From: Hydrolagus affinis
Lineage: Eukaryota
Direction: 5' to 3'
Length of the DNA: 64,000 nucleotides
Assembly: GCA_012026655.1 (NCBI GenBank)
Contig: JAAILG010001285.1
Span: forward strand, 1-64,000
Part shown: piece by piece, positions 34,876-47,663 of the stretch
Layout of the letters: each line of letters begins with the position of its first letter
Numbering within the stretch: position 1 is the stretch's first letter
The notes under the pieces: model-generated
Told to the model about the DNA's origin: nothing
The model's input: only the letters and a program-made list of their open reading frames with translations
Database searches by the model: none
Program-made: the position numbers and the translations under genes

Positions 34876-34984
34876 ACATTTTATGAACCTTTTAATTCAG
34901 TGCTCCGCATCACCACCCCACATGAAGGGCACTATGGTATATATGTATAGTGTATATAGGTTGCTAATTCCAATGCCCTGTCAT

Positions 34985-35330
34985 TTTGCCAACGCCCGTA
35001 ATATCTCAAAGTATTTGTGTATCTGTTAAATATTCCTTCACAACAATATCCCTTTACGTCTGTGAGTTAGTATTTTTTGAGTACTTCTCCAGATTCAGTG
35101 GCTCTGCAACTTTCTGGGACAGAGAATTCCACAGCTTCACAAGCCTCTGTGTGAAAAATTACTTCCTGGTGACAGTTCGGACCAACCTTGTTCTGATTTT
35201 AAGATCCATTTTAAGATCTAACCATCTGATTGTTCTCTTGTAATGGATACCTATACCAAAGGGAAGAGGCGTCTACAAAGCTGAACACAGATTCTAAATG
35301 AGGTCTGACCAGCACTCTATATAACTGGCA
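34985..35330 (-). mobile_element. Decayed CR1 fragment
   Basis: Reverse complement reads FFTQRLVKLWNSLSQKVAE. Confidence 0.7.
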
Positions 35331-35714
35331 TTTTCCCCATCATAAATCGCACAAGATCAAGGTTAGCTTGCTCACAAAGGGGAGAGTTAACCATATTCAC
35401 TGCCAAGGCTCAGTAACTTTATTGAGATGCAGAGAGAGTCTGAACCACTTTGAAACCACATGAAACGTGCTCAGTAGGTGCAAATTGTTGTCGCCGAAAT
35501 CCTAAATGTTTTTATCTGCAAATACAGTGAAAAGCGACAATTTTATGAATTTGAAGTAACACTGGAGTGAAAATTTGCACGCCATGTTGCATTTCATATC
35601 TGGTCTCTGTACATAAAAGACAAGAACAACCCAGACAAAAAAATACTGCTTAGGCAAACTGTTTGCAATGTAATAACGTAATACTGCAATTCTATATCAA
35701 AATGATTATTATAA

Positions 35715-35868
35715 TGCATTTAATATAGTACTTTTCACATCTTCTAGATGACTCAATTACACAGAATACACTGTAAAGTAAATTGACTGTATATTTGTGG
35801 GCGAAACATGGCTGCCAATTGCACACAGCAACGTCCCACAAACAGTCGTGGATTGAGGTGACCAATTT
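35715..35868 (-). mobile_element. 5'-truncated SINE copy
   Basis: Family tail motifs. Confidence 0.85.
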
Positions 35869-35929
35869 TATGATTGTTTGAAATTATGGCACTTGTGCAG
35901 CAAATACTTGCAAGCAACATCATGCCACT

Positions 35930-36125
35930 GGGAACTCTGAGCTTTGGTTCCCCAAGTGTTGGCTCTTGCTAACCTGCTCATAATACTCTCTGGAATGAGG
36001 CAGTGAGGTGTGCCTTCCAGGTAGAGTCTGCAATCAATTCCAGACACAGGGAAATTTCCACATACGGGTGGCATATATATGTGGGACTCTCAGTCTGATT
36101 TGAATATTCTAAATCAGGTGATGGG
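35930..36125 (-). repeat. Unclassified interspersed repeat, copy 3
   Basis: GGCTCTTGCTAACCTG...TTCCAGACACAGGGAAATTTCCACAT. Confidence 0.75.
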
Positions 36126-36502
36126 TTTTCTGCATGAGGTACAACAACAACTTGCATTGATGTAGTGCCCTTCACATGGATAGTGTCCATGGATAAGGAT
36201 AAGATACTGAGGGAGGGCTGCAGCCTGGCTGCTGAACAAAGGGTTAAGTGTAGGGCTGTTCTGCAGTGTGCACAACTGTAGCAATTAGCTAATTTGATGG
36301 TAATTAAGCCAGTATAGAAGGCCCATGCAGAAATAGTCAGGGGCCCAGTACAGGGAGTAATACAAGTGCAAACTATACAGTAGTTCTGTTTAGTTACAAT
36401 GCAAGCCATTTGAATGAAACAAAAGTGAATAACTTTTCTTTTGAATAGTTACAGACATGACTATTCTTTCCTTCTCAATCCTTTCCGCACCTTTTGCCCT
36501 AT

Positions 36503-36800
36503 GACTTACAAGCGTGAGATCTGTGTTCGAATCCAGGCAGATCAGGGCGAAACCTTAGGCAAGTTTCCTTACTCCATATGCCTAATAATAATCCCTCCAA
36601 ACAACCCAGAATAATAAAATTGGTCATTCAATCCACTACTGTTTGTGGGACACTGCTGTGCGCAATTGGCTGCCACGTTTTGCCCACAAATATACAGTCA
36701 ATTCACTTTACAATATATTCTGTGAAGTGTTTTGAGACATCAATAAGATGTGAAAAACATTATATCAAATGCAAGGATTATTATGATTATTATTATTATG
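36503..36800 (+). mobile_element. tRNA-derived SINE, short form
   Basis: B box, body and ATT tail. Confidence 0.9.
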
Positions 36801-37929
36801 ACCACCAGCGTCTCTTCTACATTTAGTGCTTTGAAAGCTATAATATTTAATGATATGTGGATGGTTCCCATTCACCAACTACCAATTTAAAAAGGTATAA
36901 TGCTTGTGGTAAAAAGGGTTTGCAACGTTATTCGAGCTTCCAATTAAGCCGACAAAAACAGGAGTGAAATAGTCTGAATAATTTGGAATGTGGTATATAT
37001 ACTATTCAATGCAGCAACTAATAAACGCTACACTTTGGCCTCATCACTGTCCTCTTTGGCAAATGCATGTGGCATTAATATTTTTATTACTGTATAACCT
37101 AGGTCCCAGATATTTAGACTACAGTGACATTTTCCCAGTCCTGCATATTGCTGTGTTTTTACTGCCAATTCTTGAAGAGAGACAGTATCACTATCTAATA
37201 ATAGTATCTGGTAGGAAAATGTCTTCCCCTGGGAGATTATTTTAGTGCCAGGCAAAACTGCTGGGAAGTTAGGTTTTCACTCACAGGAATTCTCAGTCTG
37301 ATATTCCCAAATAGTGTATTGAGTGTTCTGCTCTGGGCAAGATGAAGTGTACTTGCGATTCAGTGAATTTGACCCCAATTCATGATGCCTAAATATATTT
37401 ACACAAGATAAATTAAACTAATAAACAGAAAATGCTTCTTCCACTTATTACTCACAATGAATTAAGAGGGGTTTTAAACAACTTAGAAAAAATTGCATCT
37501 TCTGGAATTATGGCTAGGGGATATTTGGAAAAACACAAAATCCATGAACTCCTCCTTTGTTTTTGAGTCGAGCCTAATCCCTTGTCTATTTATGAGGATT
37601 AAAGGAAACTAAAACAGACGCTCACATGTACTGTGCCTCTGCCAAGTGAATTGTTTCTCCTGTCAGCATACCCAGCATTCCACCCTTTGGCACAAAGACA
37701 ATTATTTACGATTAACATACACTCCCCTCGTACGATGAAGATCGACAACATTATTAAACAAAAGAAAACAGCAACAACAACAAATTACATTTCTATACCT
37801 CCTTCCATGTCAGAGAAACATCCCAAGGCAGTTAGAGATCCGCACCCATTGCAAAGATGTAATATATTGCAGATGGAATGGGGAAAGGTTTTCTCTTGGT
37901 CAACCAGGTGTCTTTGACACATGCAAAAC

Positions 37930-38120
37930 CCCACCATCATGCTTAAAAGTATCTAAACCAAACTGAGTTCCGTGCAGACCACCTACACATGGAAATTTCT
38001 GTCTATTGGAATTGGATGCACACTCTCTCCCTGGAGTGACGCATCCTGCTTACCTAATTCTGCAGAATACTTGGTAAAGGCTGACAAGAGCAAAGGACCC
38101 CAGAGTGTGCATTTAGACAA
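37930..38120 (+). repeat. Unclassified interspersed repeat, copy 4
   Basis: CTACACATGGAAATTTC...CATCCTGCTTACCTAATTC. Confidence 0.8.
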
Positions 38121-38285
38121 CAATCTCTGAATGTTTTTATCTCACCACAGGAAACCAAACCAGAGATTCACATCAGTCATTCACACCAGTGTGATTCAAC
38201 TCAAGATATTGGCCCATAATCATGGAAAAATAATACCATTAGTCCATAACTATTTACTTCCCATCTAATAAATCGTAATCCTTGT

Positions 38286-38638
38286 GGAGTCCTACAGCTT
38301 GGTGGTTAGAATGCTCGCCTTACATGTGAGAGACGTGGGTTCAATTCCAGGCAGGGTGAAACCTTGGGCAAGTTTCCTTACTCCACAAGCCTAATAAAAA
38401 TCCCTTATAAAAATAATAAATTGATCATTTCAATCCACAACTGTTTGAGACACTGCTGTGCGCAATTGGCTACCGCGTTTCACCCACAAATATATTCAAT
38501 TCACTTTAACGTATATTCTGTGCACTTTGAGACAACACAAAACTATAAAATTACATTTCTACAGTGCCTTTCACGTGAGGAGACATCTAGAAGGTATGAA
38601 AAACGCTACATCAAATGCAAGGATTATTATTATTATTA
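38286..38638 (+). mobile_element. tRNA-derived SINE, short form, with an inverted L2 tail at 38535-38579
   Basis: Family consensus interrupted between two GAGACA copies. Confidence 0.9.
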
Positions 38639-39694
38639 CTTATTCTTGCATTTGGGAGTCTTTCACATTGGGTGGATAATAATAATGTCTCAAAGTGCTT
38701 GACTGTGAAATGGAGTGTCTATACATTTGTAGACAATGGAATGCATGGGATGGGAAGGAGTTGACATAAAAAGTAAAACTTGTTTTAAAAAAATTGAACT
38801 TTCTAATGGAAAATGTAATGAATAATGCATACGTTTGATCAGTTTTGATCAATACAATGCCATTCAACATTCCCCTGACTCACATCGAACAGCCACCCAC
38901 TCAATACAAAAAGCAACCAAGAGTTGATAAGTTACGTAGCACACACAAAAAAACAAATTGCCAAATTGCCTCCAGGAGCCAAATCCTATTAGGGAACACA
39001 TCAACATTCAGATCGACTCATAACAGATCAATGACAAGTGCCTTAATAAAGTCTGTCAGGTAGAGCAGGGTAGGGAGTGCTCTGGCCAAGCTGATCTAGC
39101 AGTGATTCCACACGTTAATCTCCACCCTGTCCAGTGAAGACCAACAGCGTGCACATTAACACTTGCTTCACTGGATAAACAAGCTCAGCACTGGTGATGC
39201 TGTCATAATGGTTCTAATCCCACTGGTGGCGATTCGAGTGAAATTACAGAGTAGGCTCCAAGTTGTTTCAGACCTGATTTACATTGGGTGGACTTTGAAA
39301 GAGTGCTGCTCCAGAAGAATTGACCACTACTGAAGGACAAAGCACAAGATTCTCCCACCCCCAAATATGAAAACACAGAAGCACTTGTTCCTAAAGTCAA
39401 AGACTTTTTGTTCATCAGAGTAGGAAGCCTGAGGGTTGGGGGAGGGGCATGTGGTTGGAGGACCTTTATATCTCCTACATCTCACTGCACCTTAACTTTA
39501 AACCTAATATCCACTGAGTTTACAGAGCTGTCTCCAGAGTTAGGGCAGAGTAAACAATCCTAACCTGGATTTATATAACCATGCTAACTAAAAAAAGAAA
39601 TGTGCAATGTTCCTTAAACTCTGCCGCATGCTAGGTTAAGCAATATCGCAAATTAGATTTACAAACAGAATAGCATTTTGGGTAACAATTTTAA

Positions 39695-39808
39695 ATTTCG
39701 CCCACAAAATATACAGTCAATTCCCTTTACAGTATATTCTGTGAAAAGCTTTTAGTCTACTCAAAGACGTGATAAGGTGCTATATCATATGCAAAGAATA
39801 TTATTATT
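39695..39808 (+). mobile_element. 5'-truncated SINE copy
   Basis: Family tail motifs. Confidence 0.8.
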
Positions 39809-40390
39809 GTAACATTCGTGATGCAATACTATTTGAAATAAAATCAATTGCTATCATACCTTTCTTTTCTTTCTCAATCTTGTTGTCACTACTATAGTCC
39901 TTGCTCCTTTGAAATATCCAAAATTTCCTCTCAACCATCATATGCTCTGAATCCTTCTTCCACCATGCTTTCCCTGGGTATTCAGACTATGACATTTTTT
40001 TTAAAATCTACAATAGTCTTCCAATCCTACTAAAAAAAACCTAGACTTTTAAACTCACATTTGACTCCATCCAACCACTCTCAACATTCTTAATTTTTTT
40101 TTAACTCAGCTGTTCTTTAGTCTTCTTGGACCACTACAGAATGGCCTCAGGCCTTAACCTGGCATTGTCAGTGAAATAAACATCAGCACACAAAGCAAGC
40201 TGAGGATTGTACAACATCTTCCTACTCCTGAAATTTAAACCCATGTGTGAGCTTTAGGGCAGAGCTTGTTTACCTCATAGATTATTGTAATGAGAATTTT
40301 CTGTCTCCCATTTTCTCCTCACTTGGCAGAAACACCTACAGAGACTTTCTACATAACATAGCCAGTGAATCCACTGGTATAAATAATCAC

Positions 40391-40890
40391 CTTTGATGTA
40401 TAAAATATAGGACAGAGATGTTTTCTAAACTTACCATTTTACTGTAGAGGAGGAAACAGATTTCCCAGACCAGGAGCAAGGCAATATTATTAGAGAGCTC
40501 TGATCTTTCAATAGAGAAGCTACCAGGCTGGGGCGTGCAGTTTGATGAGATATCACTGTCCGACAGCGTCACTGAATCCGACAGGAGCAGATATCTTTCC
40601 AGTGACTTCAAAGGATACGGTAAATGCACGTAAGTAAGTGCCACTGTAATCCTTTAAAATAGGGCTTCACAACACACCGGGTCTGCCACAGCAAGTGACA
40701 TTTTCCACAGAGCTACACTCTCACGTTTCACCTGAGAAACCCAGAGATGAACACTACACTAGTTACAGAGGAAGTCAGAGCTGGCAATCTGAGATCTCTC
40801 TTCAACTGACTGGCTAAACATACACACACCACCTCCTCTGCCTCCTCTCACAGGTAATCTGTACAGACAAGCTTGTCTGATTGGCTGTGA
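40391..40890 (-). promoter_or_regulatory. Candidate internal promoter / alternative first exon of shroom3
   Basis: Repeat-free block with minus-strand CCAAT (40880-40884), palindrome CAGACAAGCTTGTCTG (40864-40879), a GGAAGT ETS-like site, ATG at 40437, and two donors, ATG|GTAAGT (40435) and AAG|GTGATT (40391). Confidence 0.4.
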
Positions 40891-41772
40891 AATCTCTGGG
40901 TTTATTTCCATTACAATGAATCCAAGACTCTGGGGAGCTGGAAACACACATTCAAGTGTCAGCAGTCAGAGACTACTCTCCAAACAGAACACCACGGATA
41001 CTCTGTTTACACAGTATAATCCCTATCTACTAAAACATTACTTTAGGTTTGTCAGGAATCATCAACTGTTAAAGAGCTGAAACCAGGATGGTTATCAACA
41101 GTGCACAGAAAAACCCAAGGGCACATTCAATGTTCAAGACCACTAGTCATCAACTGGTTGTTGTTTTTTTTGCAACTTTGAGGCAGATATTCTTTCTGAA
41201 TAATAACAAAATGTAGGACGTCTATTTATAAGAAAAGCCAGGAACCAAAGTCAACAGCAGGAACGAGATCTGATACGATTGTTTTTGTAAGGCATTATTT
41301 CGTAATGGCGTTATTTTCCCATTTTAGATTTGACTGAGCCAACATCACCATGGTAACAGCTTGAGTGTTTCATAATTTTACCATCAATTCCCTATCCACC
41401 TCCCTCCCTCCACAGGAAGAAGGCAATATTAGTGTAAGTTAACACCTGCCATCAAAACATACATAGACCACTTTCTGTCTGGTTCCCTGACCAATGTCTT
41501 GAATTTGAGATATTTAATGTGACCGCAGCTGCAAGGATCAGCCGAGGTACTTAGAGGTTCAGATTGAATGAGCCGTCACTGCCAGAGAAAAGCCCGACTC
41601 TTTAAAATGATGTGGGACATATTTAACGTAGCTGTAAGCAGACTAATTGACCAGGACAGTGAAAGTAGAACTGGAGGCCACAGGTCTAAAGCGTTTTGAT
41701 TCGCCCTCCCGATATGAAAGGCACTTTATAAAAGTGAATTGTATTGAACTGGTTAACAGTAAAATTAGGGTT

Positions 41773-42099
41773 TTGGCCATTCCTTTATGACGTGGTCAGT
41801 GCAATCAGTGGCTGAGTTTGGATTCTATCCTACATTAGCCACAATTCAGTTTGGGATTCTGTGTGGGATTCTGTGTATCACTACAATTCACTGTAAGTCC
41901 TATGAAGGAATTTCGAGATGTCCTCCCTATATGAAAGGAGATCCCGATGCTATATCAAATGCAAGGATTGTTATTATTAATAAGAAGCCTCAAGTGAGAC
42001 GAGTTTAGAATAAATGTTCCCCTCTCCCACATAGAATCATGGCTAATGTAGGATCAAATCCAAACTCAGCCACTGATCATGTCATAAAGGAATGGCCAA
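41773..42099. repeat. Inverted repeat (arms about 41773-41868 and 42025-42099) around a SINE tail
   Basis: TTGGCCATTCCTTTATGAC, ATCAGTGGCTGAGTTTGGATT and ATCCTACATTAGCCA all occur as exact reverse complements. Confidence 0.92.
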
Positions 42100-42509
42100 T
42101 TGAATGAGATACTGGAGGAGCCCAAGGATTTATATGGGGATTTTTTTCCTGTTTTCACTTTTTTTAAACAATATTTCCCTGGCTCATTGAAGTTAGCTTG
42201 CAGTAATTGGTCTTGGAGTTTCAGAGTTATCTGAATACAGTGGGTATGAACAAATGGGACATTTTACTGACATAAATTACTATCTAAATAATAACAAGCA
42301 CACAGTTTTATTTCAAATAAATGTCAGGAAATAGCATTTTTTTAAAAATTAAGATCAAATGGACCAAAGAGCCGTTTACATTGAAAACTATCTTGTGATC
42401 TTCTTCACTTTAAGCATTTTTCTTTACAAACAGTTCTTTATAACTTTGGTATGAATATTCTTGATCAACAGACCATGTCTGTTTTCCATCACCTCTAAAA
42501 TATCACCCA

Positions 42510-43060
42510 CTTCCATCCTCGCCTCACACTAATGCAGCCAAAACCCTCATTCATGCCTTCATCACCTCCTTACTTGATTTCTCCAATGCTTTTCTTGTCA
42601 GTCTTCCTAGTTTGACTTATCCAGAACACTGCCACCTGTCTCCTCCCCATGCTAGAATCTGCAAGTCTATTTCCCACAGCCTTAACTGGCTCTAATGAAT
42701 TCTTATTCCACTGTGAATCAACCTCAAGAATCTTAGTTCTTATTTTCAAAACGCTTCTATACCATTGTCCAACCCTATGTTTGCAATTATTTTTACAGTC
42801 CTTCTTTGTAGATTCCCACCACTCTGCCATTTCAGCCCTACGATTTGATCCTCATCCCCTCAATCTCACCAAAGTATCTAGTGAGTGTTTTGTCGCTTTG
42901 ACCAACACTTGAATTTTCTCTGAAAACCTCTCAGCCATGCACTCTTCCATTCTGCTTTCAAAACTCTTCTAAGACGTCCTCCTGACGTGAAAGGCACTAT
43001 ACAAATGTAATTTTGTTGTTGTTATTTTGACTATGCTTTTGGTCACCTCCCTCCAAACCA
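42510..43060 (+). mobile_element. Old L2 fragment with a younger L2 tail nested at about 42970-43023
   Basis: AAKTLIHAFITSLLDFSNA motif. Confidence 0.75.
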
Positions 43061-43174
43061 TTTCCCTAAAATACATACAATAATCACTACACTTCACTGA
43101 AATCCAAGACATTTCAACTATGTGGTAAGGTGCTTTATCAGAGGCAAATACTGTATTATTATTACTGATATTAC

Positions 43175-43371
43175 CACCCCCCGAACTTTCATCCTGCTCA
43201 GATTCTTAATTTGTCGGATATTTGGGTGGCCCGCGGCATTTTGCATTTATAAATGCTCCACCGCCATTGTTTCGGATAAGTTCCGGTTTATCGAATGGGG
43301 ACTTTTTTTGGGGCATGCCGGTTTTACGGAAGTGCTGGTGCATCAACTCATGGATAAACGGGCTTCTACTG
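43175..43371. mobile_element. Related Tigger/pogo-type MITE, one TIR retained
   Basis: Ends GGATAAACGGGCTTCTACTG-TA; internal similarity to 54830-54941. Confidence 0.75.
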
Positions 43372-44519
43372 TATTATGATGAAGTACAAGTTGTGGTAAA
43401 TACCTCCCAGTAACTAACCAGAGTTTCAAACAACAAAGTTCTTTTACTGGATTTTTGACATATTTTTACTCATAGACACCACACCCGAACACCCGTGATG
43501 CCTGTGTTTGAGTAACAGTTTGGCTTGGTTAGCAACATATTTGCCTCTCAGTCGGAAGATTCTGGATTCAAAAGCATGTTGAGACTTCAGCACAAAAACC
43601 GAGGGTATACAATCAATGCTGGAAGACATGGCAATATGAGATTACATGGACATGGGATAACAACAACAACAAAATTACATTTATAGAGTGCCTTTCACAT
43701 TGGGAGGACATCCCAAGGTGCTGGATAGGGACCTATCCCAAGTCCCAAGGATAAGAACAGAGTTGAGTTTAGTGAAGTCGAGGGTGAAGAAATGAACACT
43801 ACAACTGGCCATACAACTACATAAATAATGCCACTTGGATGAGGTGCTGGATGAGCACCCTGTGAATTGTAATCCAGTCGGTGAGATTGGGGTAGGAGAT
43901 AAGAAGCAAATCCTTTCAAGAAAGAAGTTACAAAAAAATCTCTTGTCTAAATAAGAATGTTACTAGGAACTGGTTAATTCCCTCTCACACTGCACTACAT
44001 TACATTAATGGATAGAAATGGACAAGATACTTGGTGTGGAGATTAAATTATTAATTTAGCTTCCCAATAAATGCAATTGAAGACACTCAATTGAAGACAC
44101 TCCCCAATCACCACCACCAGTCAACAACCATCAACAGCTCTGAACACAGCGACAGAGGAGAGGGAATTTGTCAGAAGTGCTTTTAATCTATCACATGAAT
44201 AAATTATTTCCTAATGAACAACTGCAAGTGGATTAGAGACGTTGGCTTTCCAACTTAATTAACCAAGTCATTGTAGGTCAATGGGTGGACTGAAACAACT
44301 TCCCCATTGATCCATGCTTAACACAAATCACAACACTTGATAACTGCAAAATGAAGTAAATGTCATTGGAAAACTGAACTTTAACATATTTTCAGAGGAA
44401 TCGGCATTCTTTAGGCCATTGATAACACCATTTTATATGTCTACGTGAATCTTTTCTGAGCTGGTGTTTTTTTGTTGGCGGGAGGGGGTAGGGGGCAGTC
44501 TAACATATGCAGAGATCGA

Positions 44520-44715
44520 TCACCATGCTTAAGAGTATCCCAACCAAGCTGAGATTTCCATACAACCCATCTACACATGAAAATACCATAGATAGATTGT
44601 TGGAATGGAATCTGCACTCTCTCCTTGGAGGGACACATCCTGCTTACCTAATTCCGGAGTTTTAAACTCATGTTGGCAAGAGCTAAGGCCTGGGGACCCC
44701 AAAGTGTGTGTTGGG
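44520..44715 (+). repeat. Unclassified interspersed repeat, copy 5
   Basis: CTACACATGAAAAT...CATCCTGCTTACCTAATTCCGGAG...TGGCAAGAG. Confidence 0.8.
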
Positions 44716-45049
44716 GGTACTGCTGGAATATAACCAGCTAAACCACGTTGGTATAGCCGTCTAGCAAGCTGACATGCTGTTCATCCAGTTAGGACCACTC
44801 TACCCATCGCGGCTTTGGCTTACAGTGTTAACAGCTGAGTGGAATTTCAACCTATCCCCAGTGCCAGAACTGCCCTTCCAGATCCTGCCAATGACCCAGG
44901 CTGCCTGTGCTGTCATCAGCCCAGCTAGCCTGTGGTCAGGATTACCAAGGCCACCACACAAGGCTGGCTCGATTCCAACATTCCATTGCCAGGCATGTCA
45001 TTATGGAGCCAGTCCAGGCGGGATGTTTATCTCCCCTCCCCCATTCATT

Positions 45050-45710
45050 CAACATCTGACAAGTCAGAAGGAACTTCTGTTGTCTTGTTCGACCCTCAAC
45101 TATCTTTCCTTCCCCACATCCAAACAATGACTTGCTTTGTCTTTCCCCATCTCCGCAACATTGCCCGACTCCGCCACTACCTCAAACCCACTGGAACTCT
45201 CATCCACACCTACATTACATCCTGGCTTGACTATGCAAATGCCCTGCTTGTCGGCCTTCCCAATTCCTCCCTCCAGGCTGCAGATGATCCAGAATTCAGC
45301 CTGTGTCCTCTCTCGTTCCAAACTCCGTGACCCTATCTCTCCCATCCTCACCCAACTCCATTGGCTCCCCATCACCCAGAGAATCCAATTCAAGATCCTG
45401 GTGCTCACATTCAAAGCCCACCACAACCTCACCCCATCTGTGACCTTCTAACCCTTTATCAACCTGCCCGCCCCCTCCTCTCAGCAGGCTCTGGCCTGCT
45501 CCATGTCCCCCAACCCATCGGCTCTACCATTGGCGGGCAAGCCTTTAGCCACTCTGCATCCAACCTCTGGTACTCTATCCCGCAGTCCCTCCGCCTCGCC
45601 CCCTCCCTGGTCTCCTTCAAGTCCCGCCTCAAAACTCTCCTCCTCGATGGTCCATCAGCAACTCCGAATCCCCCTCCTTCACTCCCCACCCCATCCCCAC
45701 CTCAAGTCTG
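45050..45710 (+). mobile_element. L2-clade LINE ORF2 C-terminal fragment with frameshifts
   Basis: VLFDPQLSF, HLRNIARLR, LIHTYITSWLDYANALL, LHWLPITQRIQFKILVLTFKA, LWYSIPQSLR. Confidence 0.93.
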
Positions 45711-45714
45711 AGCT

Positions 45715-46060
45715 CATTATCAAAGTGGATACTCCAGTGCATTGCTGGATGCATTGTTGAAGATGAAGTCATTCAGATAAGACATTAAACCAAAGCCCCA
45801 TTTCTATCAGCTTGTTCAGGTAGGGGTTAATGATCCTATGACACTATTACACAGGAGGGAGTTTCTTCCAGTTTCCTGGCCAATAAACCCATAGAAAAAA
45901 AATTATCATTCACTTCATAGCTAATTGTGGGATATGGCTGTGTCAAAGTGACTGGCACATATGCTGAGAAATAAAGTCACTACACTTTACAGTGAATCCT
46001 GTCAAGAGCTTTGAGATATTTTGAGAATGTGACAAGGCTCTATTTGAAATGCAAGAAACT
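45715..46060 (+). mobile_element. Older DeuSINE remnant
   Basis: ACTCCAGTGCA...CAGATAAGACATTAAACC...TCCTGGCCAATA...tail. Confidence 0.72.
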
Positions 46061-46469
46061 GGAAGAAACTCCCTCTTATGGAATAAGATGCAAAGATTCT
46101 TATTATTGTAATAACACACTATAGGCAAATTGGAAGATTGGCAAATTGGAATGTTTGACATGATTGGGATCGCTTTTGTCACACAGAGTTGCCGAAATGC
46201 TCTCTGAGTGGATTTCGTTTTTGTTCAAACACAAACGTATCAAGCTAATGAGAATACTAATCATGTGAATGACAGAGCTGCCTTAGGACGTCTGATTAGA
46301 GCTCACTGCGACCTAAAGACACCTGGAGAAACCACCTTTTGGGTCAAATTTGTTTGTCAATAATGAATTCTCCACACCCTCGGCTATATCCAGGTTGGCA
46401 TAAACAGAGGGAGAGAGGTCAGATACCAGCACCACTTACTTATTATTATTATGATGAAGTAAATGAACA

Positions 46470-46730
46470 ATTTTTACTTGAGGGACAATAGGGCAATAGG
46501 AGAAACTAACTCCACTTTCAAACAATGCCATGGGATCTTCAATGTCTATCTGAACAGGCAGATGGGACCTTGGTTCAATGTCTCAACTGAAGGATAGAAG
46601 CTCTAACGATGCAGCTCTTCCCCAGTGTCGCACTGGAGTATCATTCTTGCTATGAGTTCACAGCACTAATATGAACCGAAACGTTAGGACTCAAAGGCAA
46701 GAGTGCTGCCATATGAGTGAGGCTGACTTC
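46470..46730 (-). mobile_element. Older DeuSINE remnant
   Basis: TGCCATGGGATCTT...CTGAACAGGCAGATGGGACC...head. Smaller pieces also at about 22655-22800, 50310-50405, 52700-52790, 53850-54010 and 63780-63945. Confidence 0.72.
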
Positions 46731-46832
46731 TTAGGCTATTGGGTTAGATAATATGCCCCGCTCCCATTATTTTTAAAAACTATTTTGCATTATATTTCAA
46801 AAACACCAAGTTGCACTTATATGCAAATTGGT

Positions 46833-47168
46833 GAAGCTCCTGTGGCTCAGTGGTTAGAGCACTTGTCTTGCAAACTGGGGAGACCAAGCTGGGGAGACCT
46901 GTGTTCAAATCCAGGCAGATCAGGGCGAAACCTTGGGCAAGATCCTTACTCCACACGCCTAATAATAATCCCTCCAAAAAAAACACAATAATAAAATTGG
47001 TCATTTCAATCCACGACTGTTTATGGGACACTGCTGTGCACAATTGGCTGCTGCGATTCGCCCACAAATATATAGTCAATTCACTTTACAGTATATTCTG
47101 TGAAGCGCTTTGGGACATCAATAAGATGTGAAAAGTGCTATATCAAATGCAAGGATTATTATTATTAT
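46833..47168 (+). mobile_element. tRNA-derived SINE, young subfamily with a 14-bp head duplication
   Basis: Same structure as 32536-32886. Confidence 0.93.
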
Positions 47169-47663
47169 ATAGTGCCCTCCATGAAGCGTAGGGTCTCAGC
47201 ACTGAACAGTGGCGGAGTCTGACATCGAGCTGGGTGGGAGGTTTAAGGGGAGGTGGCTCTAGAAATTACATTTGAATGATCTCCCAAAAATCATACTAAA
47301 AAAACTAGAAGGCTGTACTAAACTGTAATCATTTTACAAATGAGCCAGTGACAACCTCACATTACAACAACAAAATTACATTTGCAACAACAACAAAATT
47401 GCACTTGTATAGCGCCTTTCATGTTGGGAGGATGTCCAAAGGCACTTTATCCAGAGTGGCACACAACATCCTGATTCACATCCAGATCCCAGAAAAATAC
47501 TCTCTTGTCTTGCACCCAATGCCTTCACTCACCTAAAGAAGCCTGATCATTTATTTGTTCCAAGCAAATTCAGTTTCTAGCATTCTATCAGAAAATTCAC
47601 TTAATCCAAATAGTCCGGTCAACTGCTAGTCACACTCAACCAACCAACTGCAAACATATTCAT

